A DNA stretch of 64,000 nucleotides from Camelus ferus (taxonomy: Eukaryota): the NCBI RefSeq assembly GCF_009834535.1, contig NC_045697.1:20524001-20588000 (forward strand), read 5' to 3'. The notes beneath the pieces are model-generated. The model worked only from the letters and a program-made list of their open reading frames with translations. It searched no databases and was not told the DNA's origin. Made by a program: the position numbers and the translations under genes. This document shows, in pieces, positions 62,795 through 64,000 of the stretch (the stretch's first letter is position 1; each line of letters begins with the position of its first letter).

Positions 62795-63855
62795 TGCAAT
62801 TGAGCACAATAGGCCTTGAAAACTGTTCTATTACTATTAATAAATTCGAATATACATATGCCCTTTGGTCCCATAATTTGTCTCCTCTGTGTATGTTCAA
62901 CAAAAATGTGTGCACAAGTGCAACAAAATTACAAGCATATTGATGGATACAGTAGCTTTACAAAAAGACCAAGTGTAGCTTAAATGCCCACTAAAAATAG
63001 AGTAAATAAATTGAGGTATAGAATACAGACTATTACACAGGAAATAGATGGAGTATACTACTGCTGCTGCAGGCAGAATCATAACAGAACAAAATAACCC
63101 AGACACAGAATATTTACTACATGATTCCATTTATGTTAAGTTTTAAAGAGGCAAAACTAATCTAAAATATTGGGTGTCAAGAAGATGATGGACTCCAGGG
63201 AAAGGATAGGATAAAGTCAGGGAGAAGTTCTGGGGTGGTCTCTGACAACAGGTACGGTTACAAGGCTGTATTCTCTTAGTTATTATTCTTTGAATACTGT
63301 GATGGTTAGTTTTATGTGTCACGGCCATGGGGTGCCCAAAGTCTGGGTGTGTCTGTGATGGTGTTTCTGTATAAGGTTAGCATTTGAATTGGTGGGCTCA
63401 ATAAAGCACATGACCCTTTTGAATATGCGTGGGCATTGTCCAACCCCCAGAGAGTCTGAGTAAAATGATGCATAGAGGAAGGAGGAATTTGCCCTGTTTT
63501 GCTTCCTGCCTGCCTGCCTGCCTGCTTGGGCTGGGACATCTCATCTCACTTTCTCCAGCTCTTTGACTGGGGAACTGGGATTTACACCACATGAGCTCCC
63601 CTGGTTCTCAGACTGATTATACTATTGGTTTTGCTGGGTCCCCAGCTTGCACCCATCAGATCATGAGACTTCTCAACCTCTGTAATGATGTCAGAGAATT
63701 CCTCATGATAAATCTATCTGTCACCTGTCTATCTATCTCCCACTGTTTCCAGATTCTATGAAGAAACCTGACAAATGAAAATATACATTTATGACTGTTG
63801 CACTTTATGCCTGTAAATATACTTAACTAAAAAAAAAAAAAAAAAAAAGAAAAAG
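62795..63855 (+). mobile_element. Old L1 (L1ME-like) 3' end with poly(A), split by an MLT2 LTR
   Basis: aaatgcccactaaaaatagagtaaataaattgaggtata; tgattccatttatgttaagttttaaagaggcaaaactaatcta. Resumes after 63778 with atatacatttatgactgttgcacttt...aaaaaaaa. Confidence 0.8.
63298..63778 (+). mobile_element. ERVL solo LTR, MLT2 family (MLT2B-like)
   Basis: Starts tgtgatggttagttttatgtgtca; ctgggtgtgtctgtgatggtgtttct; ttagcatttgaattggtgg; ccccagcttgca; gacttctcaacctctgtaat; ends gaaacctgacaaat. Confidence 0.92.
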
Positions 63856-64000
63856 GAAGTATGTATTGAACCATACTTTCAACTTCCTTAATTCCCCTGA
63901 CTGACTCACTGGGTACTTAGGATATAAAATGTATAATTCTCATCAAGGTGTACTCAGCCAGACAAGTCAACTGCCCGTCTTCCTCTGCAACCTAGTGGAG

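Overview
This is AT-rich, CpG-poor mammalian genomic DNA, almost certainly from a camelid (alpaca, llama or camel): it carries two tRNA-derived vic-1-like SINEs and young L1 3' ends of cetartiodactyl type. I found no convincing cellular protein-coding exon, RNA gene, CpG island or prokaryotic/CRISPR-type system. The only ORFs in the track with recognisable homology are LINE-1 ORF2 fragments; the rest look like chance ORFs. A large part of the window is transposable-element debris: L1, L2, MIR, MaLR/MLT1 and ERVL/MLT2 LTRs, hAT and Tigger DNA transposons, and SINEs, plus microsatellites. The elements lie in mixed orientation, which fits intergenic or gene-desert sequence. The most notable features are structural: a young L1 with an intact ORF2 C-terminus and a target-site duplication (TSD), a multi-layer nested retroelement stack, an L1 5' end inverted against an ORF2 fragment, a MaLR LTR that retains about 2 kb of internal sequence, and an internally deleted Zaphod/MER115-like hAT element with readable transposase. 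Several repeat-free, motif-rich blocks are candidate conserved enhancers. Repeat family names come from my recall of consensus sequences, not a database search, and boundaries are approximate unless a TSD or terminal inverted repeat (TIR) is given. I cannot support a claim of a new biological system here.
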